Source: Octopus vulgaris
Lineage: Eukaryota
Length of the DNA stretch: 64,000 nt
NCBI GenBank assembly: GCA_951406725.2
Contig: OX597840.1
Coordinates: 34,596,001 to 34,660,000, forward strand
Direction of reading: 5' to 3'
Shown here piece after piece: positions 24,723 through 40,138 of this stretch. The notes beneath the pieces are model-generated. The model saw nothing but the letters and a program-made list of their open reading frames with translations. It searched no databases and was not told the origin of the DNA. A program made the translations under genes and the position numbers. The stretch's first letter is position 1, and each line of letters opens with the position of its first letter.

Positions 24723-26063
24723 TGTATATAAATATGACAGGACTTATTAGTGCCTGAAGCCATTTATTTTCTTCCTCTCGTATTCTTGAATAGATTCTCA
24801 GTTGTCTTTTCTGCAGATGTCTTGCAAACAACTTCCACATGCAAGTGCTACCAGTCAAAAACTCCACATACCGGAAGCCAGCAAGTGTATGGGGTCATCA
24901 GGAGAGAATGTGCGCCATTTCGGGGCCTACCTCTCAACAGCATTAATGCGCACCGGCCCCCCTCACTGATTTGAGGCCCCGCTTGCTAGATCAACTGGTT
25001 ATTAAATAAAGCTCATTAATTCTCTAGCCATTGCTCATTGTCTCTTTTTAACTAAATCCAGTGGCCAGCTTTCTCCATGTAGTTTGGATATCGGTCATGG
25101 TGGTATTGACTTTACGATCAGTTAGGCCTAACGATAATAACAGTCGTCTCACACTGTGTCCAACAAACCCTCTACATTCAACTTAGATTGGAAAATGCTC
25201 CACTTTCCAGCTTGCATTTTCACATTCCTCGAGGAGGTTTACATAACAGTCAATCTTTCGAGCCCGAGCGGCATCCATGTTATCTTCATGAGGAACTGTT
25301 AACTCGACTAGACTTATTTCCTTCTCGTGTTCTTTGTCTCATAGAATTAAACAAAAACAACATAGATATATATGTATGGGCTTCCCTGTCTATTTTAACT
25401 CCTTTGCACTATATTTCTAACGAAACCCCCTGCTCGTATGCTTCAATTAATTTGGGAAAGGATCAAGAATTTGGAAAGATTTAATGAAATAACTTAGTCA
25501 GTATTGAGTTTATAATTGGAGTATATTGTATTTAAAAGGTTATTACATAAAATGATGATAGTTTGAATTTAGATATAAACATTTTTAAAATGAGATATTC
25601 TCGAAAAAACCAGCTGTCTCAAGTGTGTTGGTTAGAAACAATTTTATTTAAAAGTTATGAATATCTACTGAGTTGTTACTATTGAACTGCTAAAATTATT
25701 ATTAATTTTTCTATGAATGTTTTCTGTTGTAAGCAGGGTTTAATTTTTAAAAAATGTTCATGTTATTTTTCATATTGGTATGATTAAAAAAAAAAACTCC
25801 ATTTGTTTTCAGATATAAAATGTATAAATATATATTATATATTTTTTTTGAAGTTGCATTTCACTAAATACAGCTGAAATTGGGAATGTTGAGTATATTA
25901 AAACAATGTTGAATGTTTTATTTCTCGCTCAGCTTTTAGGAAGTTATTTCTTACTTATAAATAAAAAATTTCTATTTGTTTACATTTTCCTTTCAAAGAG
26001 GTTTTACAACACCTAATTATTTGTCCTTTTTAGTAGGTAATATATAGAGAAGAAATGGTTGTG

Positions 26064-26103
<40 letters not shown>

Positions 26104-26104
<1 letters not shown>

Positions 26105-26455
26105 CATCATCATCATCATCATTTAACGTCCGCTTTCCATGCTAGCATGGGTTGGACGAATGACTGAGGGCTGGCAAACCAGATGGCTGCACCAGGCTTC
26201 AATCTTGATCTGGCAGAGTTTCTACAGCTGGATGCCCTTCCTAACACCAACCGCTCTGAGAATATAGTGGGTGCTTTTACGTGCCACCGCCACGGGGCCA
26301 GTCAGGCGGTACTGGCAACGACCTCGCTCGACTCTTTTATACATGCCACCGGCGATGCTGGTAATGATCATGCTCGAATGGTGTCTTTTACGTGCCACCG
26401 GCATGGAGGCCAGATAGCCGCTCTGGCAACGATCATGCTCGGATGGTGCTCTTAA
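26104..26455 (-). mobile_element. Retroposon family C, antisense
   Basis: (CAT)n, TTAACGTCCGCTTTCCATGCTAGCATGGG, GGATGCCCTTCCTAAC and three TTTTAC(G/A)TGCCACC units. Confidence 0.85.
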
Positions 26456-27941
26456 TACCCTAAGATTCTGCATAGCATTTAACTATGAGGAGACGTGATA
26501 GCTGTAGTGAAAGCTGCACACATCAGCCAAGCTAAAAAGTAATATTCTCTCTCCCTCACCAAGTGGTAAATTACTACAACACTCAGTTAACAGTAAATTT
26601 TAACTGAACATCTAAAAAATATTAGCAGTCAGTTTCATGTTGTTATTCACACTGTTGACAATACATACCTGTCTATTAAATTGCTGGGTTTTTTTAAACA
26701 TGTGCTCACATATTATAAGAAAGCATTCCAGTAAAAATATCGTGGGTTAGTTTTTCCTTTTTTTCTAAAAAATTATGTAAGCAGTATTTTATATAAATGA
26801 CAAAGGCACAGGTGTGTCTATGTGGTTTCTAGTGTATTCTATGACACATTACCATGAGAAACTGTTTTCTACTGTGGCCCAGTCCAACCAAAGCCTTGTG
26901 AGTGGATTTTGTAGAAAGAAACTGAAAATAAGGCATGTTGTGTGTGAGTGGATATTCCTTGGTCTTGAAATTGCAAACAAACTTCCACTGTATAAGAAGT
27001 GATGTTTGTTTGCAATATTCTGTAAAAAAAAAATCTCAGGACTAGGGGAAAATATTACTTTGCTTAGGAAAAACTGGGGGTTGATGACTGGAAGAACATC
27101 CAAGCCATAGAAATTCTGCGTCAGTAAATCTCATGTAAACATGGAAACATTGATGTTGTCATGGTGGTGCTGGTAGTGGCAGTGGTGATCGTGTTTCCAT
27201 TTTACTCTCAGCTATCTGGCCCTTGTGGTTTTCATGGCTTTTAGAAATTGTTTACAAAGGAGATCCCTTAAGAACCTTCTGCTTTTGTTTAAACACTTTT
27301 TAAAAACACCTATCTGAAAAGAACTGCCACTTTGAAATAAATGTCTTTTTACTGAACCCTGAGAGAAAGTCAAGAAAGTTCCTATTCCACAAAGGATATT
27401 CACTTGGGTACATACAGGGTACCGACAAATCTGTTCTCTTAAACCATTTCTATATTGGAACAAAACCCTTATTAGTTGCACCAGATATTCAATCTAAGAC
27501 TACCATTCCCATAAGTCTGTGCATTACCCTCAACTGTCGAAAGTAATTTTTGAATTTGTAGATTGGCTTTCCATAAGAATCATATAAATTTTGAAGAGCC
27601 ATGTGATATTTTTATGAAGGATGATGAATGTTTATGCTTGTAGTATCGATTTTTTTAATATCAATTCAGTTACCCCAGTAGATACTTTATGTTCATTGCT
27701 GCTTTTCGTTTCAACTTTAGTGCTGTAGACCACCATCTTTGCCCTGTCAAACAATTACCAATAAATGTGTGTGCGCATGCGAGTAAGTGCAGATCTGTGG
27801 TTAAGAAATCTGTTTTGCAACCGTGTGGTTTTGGGTTCTTGTCTCATTGTGTGACACTTTGGGCAGATGTCTTCCAATATAGACCTAGGCTGGTCAATTC
27901 CTTGCGAATGAAATTAGTAGACAGAAGCTACAAGGAAGCCC

Positions 27942-27979
<38 letters not shown>

Positions 27980-27988
27980 TGTGTGTGT

Positions 27989-28042
<54 letters not shown>

Positions 28043-28976
28043 TGGGTGTGTGTGTGTGGTGTGTGTGTGCCAAAGAGAGAGAGAGAGAGAGAGCATGTGT
28101 GCACCGAGGTCAGGTCAGGAAAACCCTACTAGTGTTACCAGGAAACCCAGTCCTACCTGTTTCATGGTCAGGTGGTTGGCAACTAAACTGGTTCGCCCAC
28201 TTTGCTTGTCAGGTGAGGAGGGTGTTGTGGCCATTCTGGACTAAAAATAAGACCTGCCAAAAGACGGATGAGCTCATTGTTAGCCAACAGCTGTCCACAT
28301 AAGTGTTGTGTCATAAAAATGCCCTGCACATGGGTTGGGGGTTGGTTTAAGGCTGCGGCCGCAAAAACTGAAAGACATACTGTGCTCTTGAGTTGGAGTT
28401 GACATCCAAGAGTGATGTTGGAAAGAGCAAAGAAGAGCATATGTGCGTAAGTGTCAATACAATATGTCATCATGGGAAGACGGTGAACAGCAGTGGGATG
28501 CAAAAATACAGGGAAAAACCCAAGTTGGTGATGGGAAGAGCATCTTTCAGGGGAAAATCTGTGCTAAGAAAGTTTTGTGTAGCCCATGCCGGCATGGGGA
28601 GATGGATGCAAAAGTGATAATGTGTGTGTTTGTTTTGTGCAGGTGGGTGGGTTGCAGAATGGCTAGAGGGTTGGACAACGGTGCTTTGTATGTATTGTGG
28701 TCACTTAAACCCCAGAGAATGTGCTCCAACAGTCCCATTCCAGTGACTGAAACCTGTGAAAATTGTGTGTGTGTTATGAAATTACCAAACTGAAATTAAC
28801 ACACCTAGCTCACCAATATTAATGATTTACTTTGGTCCAATATTGAGACATGTGTGAAGTGGACAATACAAGTATATTGTCCCTGGAAGTTAAACTCATC
28901 AAGAATATAGAGACAGAACTGAAATACTAAGCATTTTGTTCTTCATGTTACTATTTCTTTATCTCCTTACAATAAC

Positions 28977-29018
<42 letters not shown>

Positions 29019-29246
29019 CAACAACTTAAGAAAAATAAAATGATATTTACTACACAAGTTATTTTTAAAAATTGTTCAGAAAATATCTTGTAAAATCCCC
29101 ACTTTTTTTTAAAGAGAAGTTTTTAATTTGAAGATTAAAATAAATATGTTTGAAAAAATATTCCCAAAACAAACAAATAATATGTTAGAGGGCATTAGGT
29201 GCTGCTGATATCTGTTCAGAAGGATAACGGTTCAGCTCTTTAGGTC

Positions 29247-29555
29247 CTACTCTAAGGTGGTGAGACTTGGACACTGTCCAAGGCCTTTGGAAGTCGCCTG
29301 AATTCCTTTGGTACCAGGTTGCCATTCAGATGTAGTATACATCTTTGTTATCAATCCAGTCTCAGTCCTGAGGCTATGCCTAACCTCACGAGCTTTGTTA
29401 AACCTAACTTGGAAGATGTTCTCTTCTACTTGATAGACTTTGCTGAAAAACATTCTTAGATATATAAACTCCTCCACATAATCTAGTGGACCACTGCTGA
29501 AAGCAATTAGGAAATTTTTAATAGAGTATCTGGACAGGATGGAATTGTCCACATT
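29247..29555 (-). mobile_element. Decayed RTE-like LINE reverse transcriptase fragment
   Basis: ORF contains LDYVEEFIYL..EENIFQVRFNKA, resembling the 'LE.V..F.YLG...I..RI.KA' segment after the RT core. Confidence 0.6.
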
Positions 29556-32500
29556 CTGTAGTATTTAATTCCATCTCTATTCCGAGTTCATTTCCCACTA
29601 AAGCGTATTTAACCATTTTGTTACTCTTAGGATGATGAAATATGTAGCAGTAACGTGTTGGGCTTTTGGGTCAATTCATTCAATTATAACTTTCTTACAG
29701 ATTTGTACACCTAACATTCAGATATCTTTATACATCAAAGGTAACGAAATATGAAAGAGAAATGTTGGATTAGTTTTCAATATTCAATTAAGAATGGTTT
29801 TACTTACATAACTCCTGCTTCTCTGAAGGCACAAATCTCCAAATCCTTTCTTGGGTTCATATTTTCCCATGTGGTAAAGAAGCAAGTTTTCAGCAATGTG
29901 GATAATTTACAAGTGGCAATTTTCTTGTAACTCACTGTGTGTTAAGAGTTAAGAATAAGATAGACCTGCAAACTTAGGGGTTCATCAATATAGTTATTGC
30001 CATCAGAAGCAGGTAGAATAGTTGCCATTGCTTTCATAGACTTGCTTCCCTAACATCACAAGTGTCCTTGAGTAAAGCATGAACAGCATAATATCATAGC
30101 TGTCTATTTTCCAACCCTATAAATTTGAGGCATTGTGTATGCATATGAAAATATTGTTTATCAATAACATGATCTTGTGTTCCAATGATAATAATGAACT
30201 TATTGTAGTGCTTTGTTGCGTGTGTGCATTTGCGCACAGTTATTAATACTGTAGTATCAGTGAAGACTTGGTCTTGGAATTCATTTGTCATATTCTTAGA
30301 TAAAATTACTGTTAATCTTTCAGATGCTAGAAAAGTGTTTCTTGAAAATAATTGTTCTTGTCAAAGTATGAAGAATATTGTTATGAGTGAGAAGCAGCAA
30401 CTGATTTCATCCAATTAACTATAAAAGTTACATAAACTGCTCTAATTATATACTTTAATTTATTAATTAGTAACTTGGATTACTTAAAAAAAAAAATAAT
30501 AAAATAGTGAAGAGAACCAATAAACCAGGCTATAACAGTATACTGTATCAAATCTTTGGTAAATGCCACTAAGATTGCTAGAATTTCTTGATTATATATA
30601 TATATATGAGTCAGATAATGACCAAAATTGTTTCTAAAGTTTTGTCTCCTCCCCCAAGACTCCACCCAGTCAAACTCCACCAACAATGTAACAATGTTAT
30701 CCGAACACTCTTTATAGTTCAGCAATCGCCATTCCTTTTTTCAGATTGAAGAGTTCAAAGCACAATATCTGTCAGCAGTCAATCTTTGCAGGTAGCAACC
30801 TGTTGACTATTTAGCTTGCATTTATTTATTTATTCATTTATAATGTTGTTTTTTTTTTTTTTTTTTTAATTATTTATTTCCGAAATCGTATTGATGTAGT
30901 CACTGACCTTTACCAGTTGTTTTGCATGCTCTATTTTTTCTTCTTTTGTAGAACTGTTACCATAGCCCAGTTGTTGGTTCCTGCTTGTTGAATTTCTTGT
31001 TTCATGAATGACAAATTTTTTATTTGACTATACAGTTTTTGTATTATTATTATTATTATTATTACTATTATTATTATTATTACAACATTAATTTATTCAT
31101 TTACTTATATACATACATATACACACACATATATATATATTTATATATTGCATGCCTGTTCCAGAGATGCCGACCATTAGGGCTGCAGAAATATCAACTT
31201 GACACTTGGAAGTTGTTATTTATTCTTTAATGTTACCTTCTTTGTTATCATTAATGTGATGATTATATATTAATGCAAATTTTACATTTAAAATGTTTGA
31301 TGCCTTTTTTCTGAATACCTATTTTTCTTTCCATTAAAAAAAAAAAGAATTCTATTTTCTGTACTTAAAGCATTTAGTAGAAGGCAATCAGAAAATTTTA
31401 AAGCGTGTTTTCCGTAAATAATTTGATCCAACTAAACTTATAGTTTTTCTAAATATTGTAGTATTTTCTTTTTTACCTTAGAAGTTTCCCAGTGTATAAA
31501 ATAAGCAATTGCCATCGTCAGTGCTATCTTAAGGCATGGGGTCCAAGGGCTTCGTAAGTCTAGGGATCCAATTCTGATGTGTGTAAGCTGTGGCCTGTAA
31601 TGCTATTAGGATGACCCTGGCCATCATTTTACCTCTTTGATAAGTGAAAATGGCTGTTAAAGTATGATGGTTTCAATGAGGCATTTGTTACTGTTATTCT
31701 TGTTACCATTTATAAGTGCATCATTGAGAAATATTGTTTGTCCTTTGGCCCTTGCCACACACAGTACACAGATGATTGGATATTATCTTGTCCTTTTGCT
31801 GTCTAGTTATGGTCACACACATGGTAAGGTGCTGATGATAGGATATGAACCTCTAATCCTTCAGCCTGTTGTCTGTTATCTGTTAACTAAGCTATATACA
31901 GCTCTTTGTATTTCAGCAACAAATATTTAGTTTTTATTCATCTTTGTAATCTTTTAAATTGAGAAGTTACTGAAGTCTGTCCCTATAATGTAGAGTATAT
32001 TTTTCAGCTATTCCTTGTGTGTACCCCCCAGAAAAAGGTGGGACAAATAGGAGGGAGAATGGGGAGAGTGAGTAAAATGTCTTGAAAAACAGTTTGTTTA
32101 ATATTTTTAAACAGTTTTTGGCTGGTGTAATAAACTGTTTGAGTGAGATAGAATTAAGAAATAGAGTTGTCAGAGGTTGTTGGTGAAAATGAGTGTTAGA
32201 GATGTTTGTTGTTTATTGTTGTTGAATAGGTCCAGTTAGTTTTTACTGAAGTGTAAGACATGTTACTAGTTTGATACAATATTTACAGGGAGTGATTTAT
32301 AAAACTATAGAACCAATTTAATTTAAGCTTGCATTTGGTGTAAAAAAGGTACATGTAATAAAGTAATAAGAGCATGTGAAAATGTATGGTTGGGGGCTGC
32401 CGAAAAGACAATCAAAGGGGTGTGGGCCAGTTGCAATTTTTCTGTATTGATTTATTACGGTTTTTTTTTGTTTTGTCTGAATAAAATCATTTGGTGTGTG

Positions 32501-35500
32501 CATTGTGTCTTTTGGTTGTGACTATGTGGAGTGTATGACCTCTTGTGAAACTATAAATCTTACAAATAAAACAGTGGCAATTCCTAAAAGTTTTGGGTAA
32601 ACGAATGACATGTAGCTGGCAAATAATAGATTAGTTGGCTCCAGGATGGCCACCCAGTTGTAAAGATTTTACTGTGTATTGTTACCATATTTCTCCTTTT
32701 GGAACTATTTAAATCCTGCAGATATGAAGGAACGGGAGTTGTTGGTTGTTAGCAGTGTATAACTTGTTAAAAGGGATTAAATGGGAGGAAGAAGAAAACC
32801 CTTTTCCTTTAATTAAATAGATGTGAATTAATTGGTAAAAAAATATCTTGTGATATCATTTTACTCCATAAACATTAGGGGTCTGTTTATTTTGTTTAAG
32901 CATAGAAGAATATTTTTAAGATTAGATGATAGAAATTAATTTCAGATTTCATTTTCCATTGAATCCTAAAATTTCTCCAATAACAATGGAATTATTTCTT
33001 TATAAATGCTAACATTTTTTTTGAAAGTTTAAAAAGTATTTTATGGTGAATAGATTTTTAAAGATGAGCAAAAAAATCTAAATCTTTTGTTTTAAAGCTT
33101 TGAATTCCAGTTTATAGTTTGCACACAACTTTGCTTGCCTCTCTGCCTAGAGCTTGCTTAAGGCTCGACTAACTTGAGTGATTTCTGTCGATGGGGCACC
33201 AACATGCTCTCGCCCCTCTTTCCCTTTTTTTATTAATTATGTTGCTTAAGGAAATGTTAAAAAATTAGGCCAAATTAAACCAAAAGGCGGCATATTAAGT
33301 TTAATTAAATTACTACATCCAATTAATGCCTCTCAACCTGATATTATGTTTCTTTGTACACTTGAATCTGTTGCTGTTCCAACTATGTCTAGATTCATTT
33401 ATTTCTTGGGCTTATTTTAAACAGAAAATTTTATTGCTTAAAATTTTCCAGAAACTATAATTCCTAATCTTTCATCATACACGTGTGCAAACACATTTAC
33501 TCAAGCTCGGCTGATTATTTAACTTCGGAAAAAATAAAATACTTTCAGCTTCCAAACTAAGAAAAAGAATAGATAATTAAGTTGAAGGTTGATTTGCTGA
33601 AAGTTTATAAAAAAGTCCTTTATAAATATTGTTTTATTTTGTAGTGTGAAAATGCACAAACGTTGGTTTATGTTATTGAGTGCTAAAAGAAAAGAAAACT
33701 TAGGAACAAAAATTTCAGGGTTTTTTTTCTTTTTCGTATTCTAGTGGCTTATACAGAATTTAGTAATATCGTTAATTCGCCTATAATTAATTAATGCAAG
33801 ATATGTGTTTTAAGAAGGGGAAAATACTGCAAGACACTGCATGTTTTATAAATAGGTATTTAGAAAAAGAGTATACTAATTTTTTTCTTGAAGTTGTGTT
33901 TTTTATTTGATGTTTGTAATGTTTGATGTTGATGATGTATGCTTTCTTCTTATAATATACAACAACAACAACAGCAACCTTACATCAGACATTTTTTGCA
34001 CATTTGTGTGTTATTTGATCCTTTACAAATTTACTCAATATTGTTCTAATATCTTTTTTTTCTTCTACATTATTTCTATTATCCATTAGAACTATTCAAT
34101 TTTTTTTTTTCAATAGACATAATTTATCCAAATAGTTTGTTGTTAAAACAACTACAGGCTGTTCTAAATGACACACAAAATACATTTATTGTTAGCTTGC
34201 TTGTTCATTAGTTTTTACACTTATTTTCACATTCTCACACGGGTTAGACGAAGGTAATATCGAGGCATTGTTTTACTGCCAGATCCCCTTTCTGTTGCTG
34301 GATTCTCTTCCTGTTGCTAACCTTTACCTGTTTCTTGAGATCTCTTATTTCACGTCTTTGAAGGGGCAAAGCCACTGGACAACTATTTGGAGAAACATCT
34401 AACACACGCACACACACATGATGGACTTCTTTAAGTCTTCATTTATCAAATACACTCACAAAACTTTGGTTGATCCATAACTATAATAGAAGATGCTTAC
34501 CAAAGGTGGTACCCATCAATTTTTGCTACCCACTGGTCCTTGGATGGCCATGGGGCGAGGTAGAGTCCTCAACTACTTCCTCATTGGATCCTATCAGAAG
34601 CAACCGCACGACTGGCTGAGACTATGGACGCTATCCAACCGTCTCACTTGTGGTTTACTCCTAAGTCTCCTGCCGGTTGGTCCAGCTTGAAGAATCTGTT
34701 TGGCAATCCTGTCTTGTGATGTTCAAATCGTGTCTGTAGTGGCAGAGCTGTGACCTCAATGTAGAAAAACTTACATGTTAAAATATATATATTACTGTAT
34801 TCGAGTTGTCCATATTTAATAGGCAAAAGAAGCCTAAAAGACAGTGTGTTGACTGGGCATTGCACCATTAGTGTCACTAGAATGTACACTAGTAAAATCA
34901 AGGTTATACTGCTAGTAAAACTACTTCTGTTCCTGATGAAGCAAGTTCGATACCACACAATACATTTGCCTTTTCCTCTTTGCATCATATCCACCGATTT
35001 ATCTCTCCTTTCCTCAACTCTTGAAATGCTTCACCTAAACATGTCTAGAACATCCTTTACGGACACACTTGCTTTATGAGTAGACATCAACCTGCAAGAA
35101 TCGTCTTTTTGAAAATAGACCTTGCATGTGTACAGAGTAAAAGGAAATGACCGATTCTAGATGAAGCAGAACGTGTCCATACTTTGCTGTATGTATTACA
35201 ATTTAATTTACAAACCCTACTGTGTGTCAGTTTTAGGACAACCTGTACTTTGTCACACAACAAATGCACCTTTATTTTCTAGAGCTTTCTGTTTGAATAT
35301 GAAATACTTTAAAAAGTAACTTTATGTATTTTCTAGTCTTCATTTATTTACTGTCTTTGATATATATATATATGAATAAACCTACTTTTTACGGGAAATT
35401 CTTCTGTTTTTGACATCATACCTAAATGAAAGTACAATGATTGAGAAATTATATTTTTCTGTAATGGCTAATAACAATAGGCATGCGGCCTAGTGGTTAG

Positions 35501-36179
35501 GAGGTTGCACTCATTTGATTGTGAGATCACGGTTTCGATCCCTGAACCAGGCTGTGTGTTGTGTTCTTGAGCAAAACCCTGTTGCTCGAAACCACTTGGG
35601 CTGTAAATAAGTAACCCTATGACAAACTGGCATTCCATTCAGGGACAGTGTTGTGATTTTGATCATTTATATGCCATGGAAACCAGGTAACCACTCCCTA
35701 ATCTCCACTTGATGATGATGATGATGATAATGGAATTTTCAGCAATATTTTATTTAGCAGGTTAGAAAATACTGTTGTTTAGCTCCAAGACAGCCTTGAT
35801 TCAGTAGACTTCTGATCATACACCTACTAGCATATTCAGATATATACCTTGCAGTATATTGGAGGATATGTTTCTTTTAAGATAAGGGGTTACGATTTGA
35901 GGGATATAATTTAGCAGCTATTTCTAGCAGGTTAAGTGGTCATGTAGAGGCTTCGTTGTTGGTTCACAGTTTAGAAAGTTGTGTGTGTAGCATGTATGAA
36001 TGAGCGAGAGAACGAGTTACTGAGATCAGAGGGCAAGGTTTGAGATAAGGGAAGAATGTTTCTGTTGTGGTTAATTTTGTTCTGAAGAATATATTTCTCA
36101 ACCATTCAGACACAGATAGCTTACATTTGTTTGGTGTCAAAATTGCAAGAATTACTCTTATGCTTCTTTTTAAAATTTA

Positions 36180-36671
<492 letters not shown>

Positions 36672-37719
36672 GTTTCCTTTATATGATTTTCTAATATAAA
36701 ATTAGATTAGATTTTTTTCTCTCTAGAAGACTGGGAGTTGGCTGACTTGTGAAGGATGAGAGAATTTGCTGTTTTGAATCCTACTTTCTGTCTCTGTTGG
36801 GAATTGTGGCAGAAGAGAATGTGTGTGAACTGTCTGACAGGTAGGAGGAGGAGGTATGAATAGAAGGTGAAAGATGCCTAGATTGCATGGTCAGCTGTGA
36901 CAAATGACAAGTGAGATTCTTGCTAAATCTGATAGAAATTTGTTTCGTAATTACAGGTAATAATTGTTATTGTTAGAGTGAGTTATTCTATACACCGGTT
37001 GTATCGGTTAAGCAAGTTCTAGCATAGAATGTTTTATGAGAAACACAAATCTTTAAAATCTGATTTCCTTACCAAAATAGAATTCACTTGCTATTTCTTA
37101 GCCTTGATTTTAAGGGACACGGGGTTAGATGAGGATGTTTAATTAGCAATTCAGTCTTTGTATAGCAGTGTCTGATATCAATATTTAGAAGCATTATTAG
37201 TTATTATTGAAATATAGTTGGGGAAAAAATGTCTTTATTATCCTTCAATTTGGATTGCAATGTAATTTCAATAAACCTTTGCCAGTTAGGATTTCATGTG
37301 CCCAACAGATTATATAAGTGGATGGCCATATATTTCTTTTGGAGAAAAGCATGAATGTTGCAACATCACATTTCTACTGTCTTGCATGTAGTATTTCATT
37401 AAATTGTACTCCACCCACAGTGTTTATTTAGCTATTCAGTATTTTTGTGTTGCTAAGTTCTGTCCAAGTTGTCGAGCTCTATTATTATTATAAAAGGCAT
37501 AGAGTGGATTGGCTACAGTGGGGGGCTATATGGCAGTGTCAAAAAAGTTAACTTTGAATATCAAGAAATTAAAATTAATCTCACATTTAATGTTTTTCTG
37601 CCTCTTGATTACTTTCTTAAGTTAAGTTTATATATTTAGTCAGACTTGAGAACTCTTAAGAAAGAGGGTTTTATTGATTTGGAAACAGCTTTCCAGTGCA
37701 GGTTCAGACAGTTGAAAAC

Positions 37720-38452
37720 TATGCATGCCAGATGCCAGAAAGTTCTGGGGTCATTGAGGGAGAATGCACATTGTTTCAGGGCCTCCTCTTGATGGCTTTG
37801 CAGTGCGCTGGCGGTCTCCCTGATGCAAAACTCCGCCTAAATGTTTTGACTGACTAGTTTTCGTCAAGTCCAATTCGGGATCATCACCTCTCCAGTCAGG
37901 TTTTGCCATTCCTTTTCAATATCCAATAGCTGGCCCTCTCAACTGTCACCTGCATCTCCTTCAAGATGGTGTTTGCTTGCTAATGTTGGACACCAAACGA
38001 TAGCAGCCACCGTCTTGGTCTGGTCCCAATGAAACCCCTACATCCAACTTCTGCAGGAAAGTGTTCTGCACTCCAACCAGCACCTAGACAGTCTCCTATT
38101 AGCATCTCAAAATGCTCATCTTTCCTGACCCAGGCTGCATCTGAATTGTCTTTGTTGGAACAAGGTGTATTATCTGGTGTTCCTTGCACCATATTGCCAT
38201 ATCCAGTTTCTTCTTTATTGGTTTTGGAAGGAAGCATTCATACCCTACAGGATCTGCTACCACCTCCCAAATTCCATCTCAGTTCTTGGCATTCAGTTTT
38301 CTTCTGTTTTGGGCAGCCATCAAACATGATAAAATGTTTACTGCTGTCCTTCTGCAGTTTCTTGTCACCATTGATTGCTTCTTGGCAGCACTACAGAGAA
38401 TATTAAGCATCTCATCATGCCTCCATGTATACTTTTCCAATGCCATTGAGTA
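37720..38452 (-). mobile_element. 3' relic of an RLE-class (R2/HERO-like) non-LTR retrotransposon
   Basis: The minus strand gives ALEKYTWRHDEMLN (~38445-38403) and later GAGWSAEHFPAEVGCRGF, motifs of the restriction-like endonuclease region; frameshifted. Confidence 0.75.
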
Positions 38453-39619
38453 GGTGAATATCTATTTAGAGATATTTCTAACAAGATAGTCAACTGATTT
38501 GATTTTAAAAAAAAGTATTGCTAATAGATTTTATACAATGGTTGAGAGCACCTTGATATTTAACTGTTGTTGTTGAATTTCTTCAATTCACTTCTACAAA
38601 ATCTTGCAGGTCTATGTTCAAAAGACATTCCAACAATGACCTTCACAGTTTTGTATAGCTAGGACTACACTGCATCTTCAATTTTTAAAGATGTTAAGAG
38701 AGATTTGGATGTTATTATGAGCAACTCGTGCAACTCTGTAGAGGCTTCCCTCATTAGTTTGATATTTCATTGCATTTAGGGATGATACATAGATTAAAAA
38801 AAACTGTTTTTTAAAAGTACAGTATAAAATCCTAATCATAAAAAATGGCACATTTTCCATTATGGGGTGTAGATAATCTCAACAGCAAGAATTTAATGAA
38901 AAGAATGGCTATCCTCGTTATTTTACCTGAAGTTGGAATGAAAGTTTTGATTTGTCTTTGAGAGTTCTGATATTGGTTAACTTGTCCTAGTTTTACAAGG
39001 TTCTTTGCATTGTCTAACACTTTCTCTGTGTATATATATGTCTGTGTATGTACCTCTATTTGTCTTAGTTATAGGTGAAATTTATGTTTACCTTAAGTTA
39101 TAGAGGCTTAGTGGAAGATATTTTGTGATGGATGTTGATAGTATTTTATCTCTGACTGAGTTATTTGTATTTCTGTCTAACACTGTATCATCTCTATAAA
39201 TGAGGAACTCTTGTAAAATTAAGCTAATTTTTCTAGTAGGTTGCCATTATGATGTTATTTAGGGTCATGTATATATATATTCATTGTGAAAGCTGCAACC
39301 AGCTAAATTCATGAGGTGTGTTGATCCATTGATCCATGGTTTGTATACCATCATCATCAGCACTTCCACTGTGTTAGTGACCAGAAACATCGAACCCTTA
39401 GATAATCTAGTCCCCTACTTGGAGAGATACAGTTCCCTACTGGAAGTAGAAGGAGCATTGTGTAGTTTCATTAATGTAATTGTCCTAGTATGGGTGTATA
39501 TTATAAGTATAAGGATGGTTTTAGCCTGACTGATTTGTCCCTTGATGTTTAATATGCTACATAAAGATGGGATATAGGGCAGACTCACTTTCACACTATT
39601 TATTCTACCTCTTATAAGT

Positions 39620-39780
39620 ATGTATATCTAATATGTCTATATATGCATGTATATATCATATATATGCGCATATATATGTATATATATATGCGTATATATA
39701 TGTGCATATATATATACGTATATATATGTTAGTATATATGGATGTATGTGTATATAGATGTATGTGTATATATGTATAGG

Positions 39781-39815
<35 letters not shown>

Positions 39816-39915
39816 GTGTATATTATGTATTTGTGTGTACATATATAATATATACATACACACACATATATATATACATACATACATATGTGTGTGTGTG
39901 TATATGTATGTATAG
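39620..39915. repeat. (TA)/(TG) compound microsatellite
   Basis: Direct reading. Confidence 0.9.
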
Positions 39916-40019
39916 GTTGGCATCTCTGCTATTTAATGATGAAATACAACTTTTAATGTATATATATATATCCTAATGATTTGACATTTTTTCCTCTTTC
40001 ATATTAAATATATTTCCAG

Positions 40020-40138
40020 ATCCTAACTTGCATCCTGGGACAGTATTATTATCAACTAATGGAGTTCCTTACACCTACCAGAATGGAATGGCTATATTTC
40101 ACGCTTCAGAAAGTGGCTATCCAATTGCTCAGCCCCAG
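40020..40138 (+). CDS. boule: Boule exon ((D)PNLHPGTVLLSTNGVPYTYQNGMAIFHASESGYPIAQPQ)
   Basis: TTTCCAG acceptor, CAG|GTGAGA donor, 119 nt, phase 1 to 0. GVPYTYQNGMAIFH matches the conserved BOULE post-RRM motif GYPYTYHNGVAYFH. Confidence 0.95.

Noticed and set aside
24890-24930. Minus-strand GAAA...CTGATGA suggesting a type II hammerhead
   Set aside because: Stem I and stem II cannot form; the flanks are CCCC on both sides.
25211-25236. 26-nt AG/GT-bounded segment
   Set aside because: Weak donor (GTTTAC), frameshifting, no supporting context.
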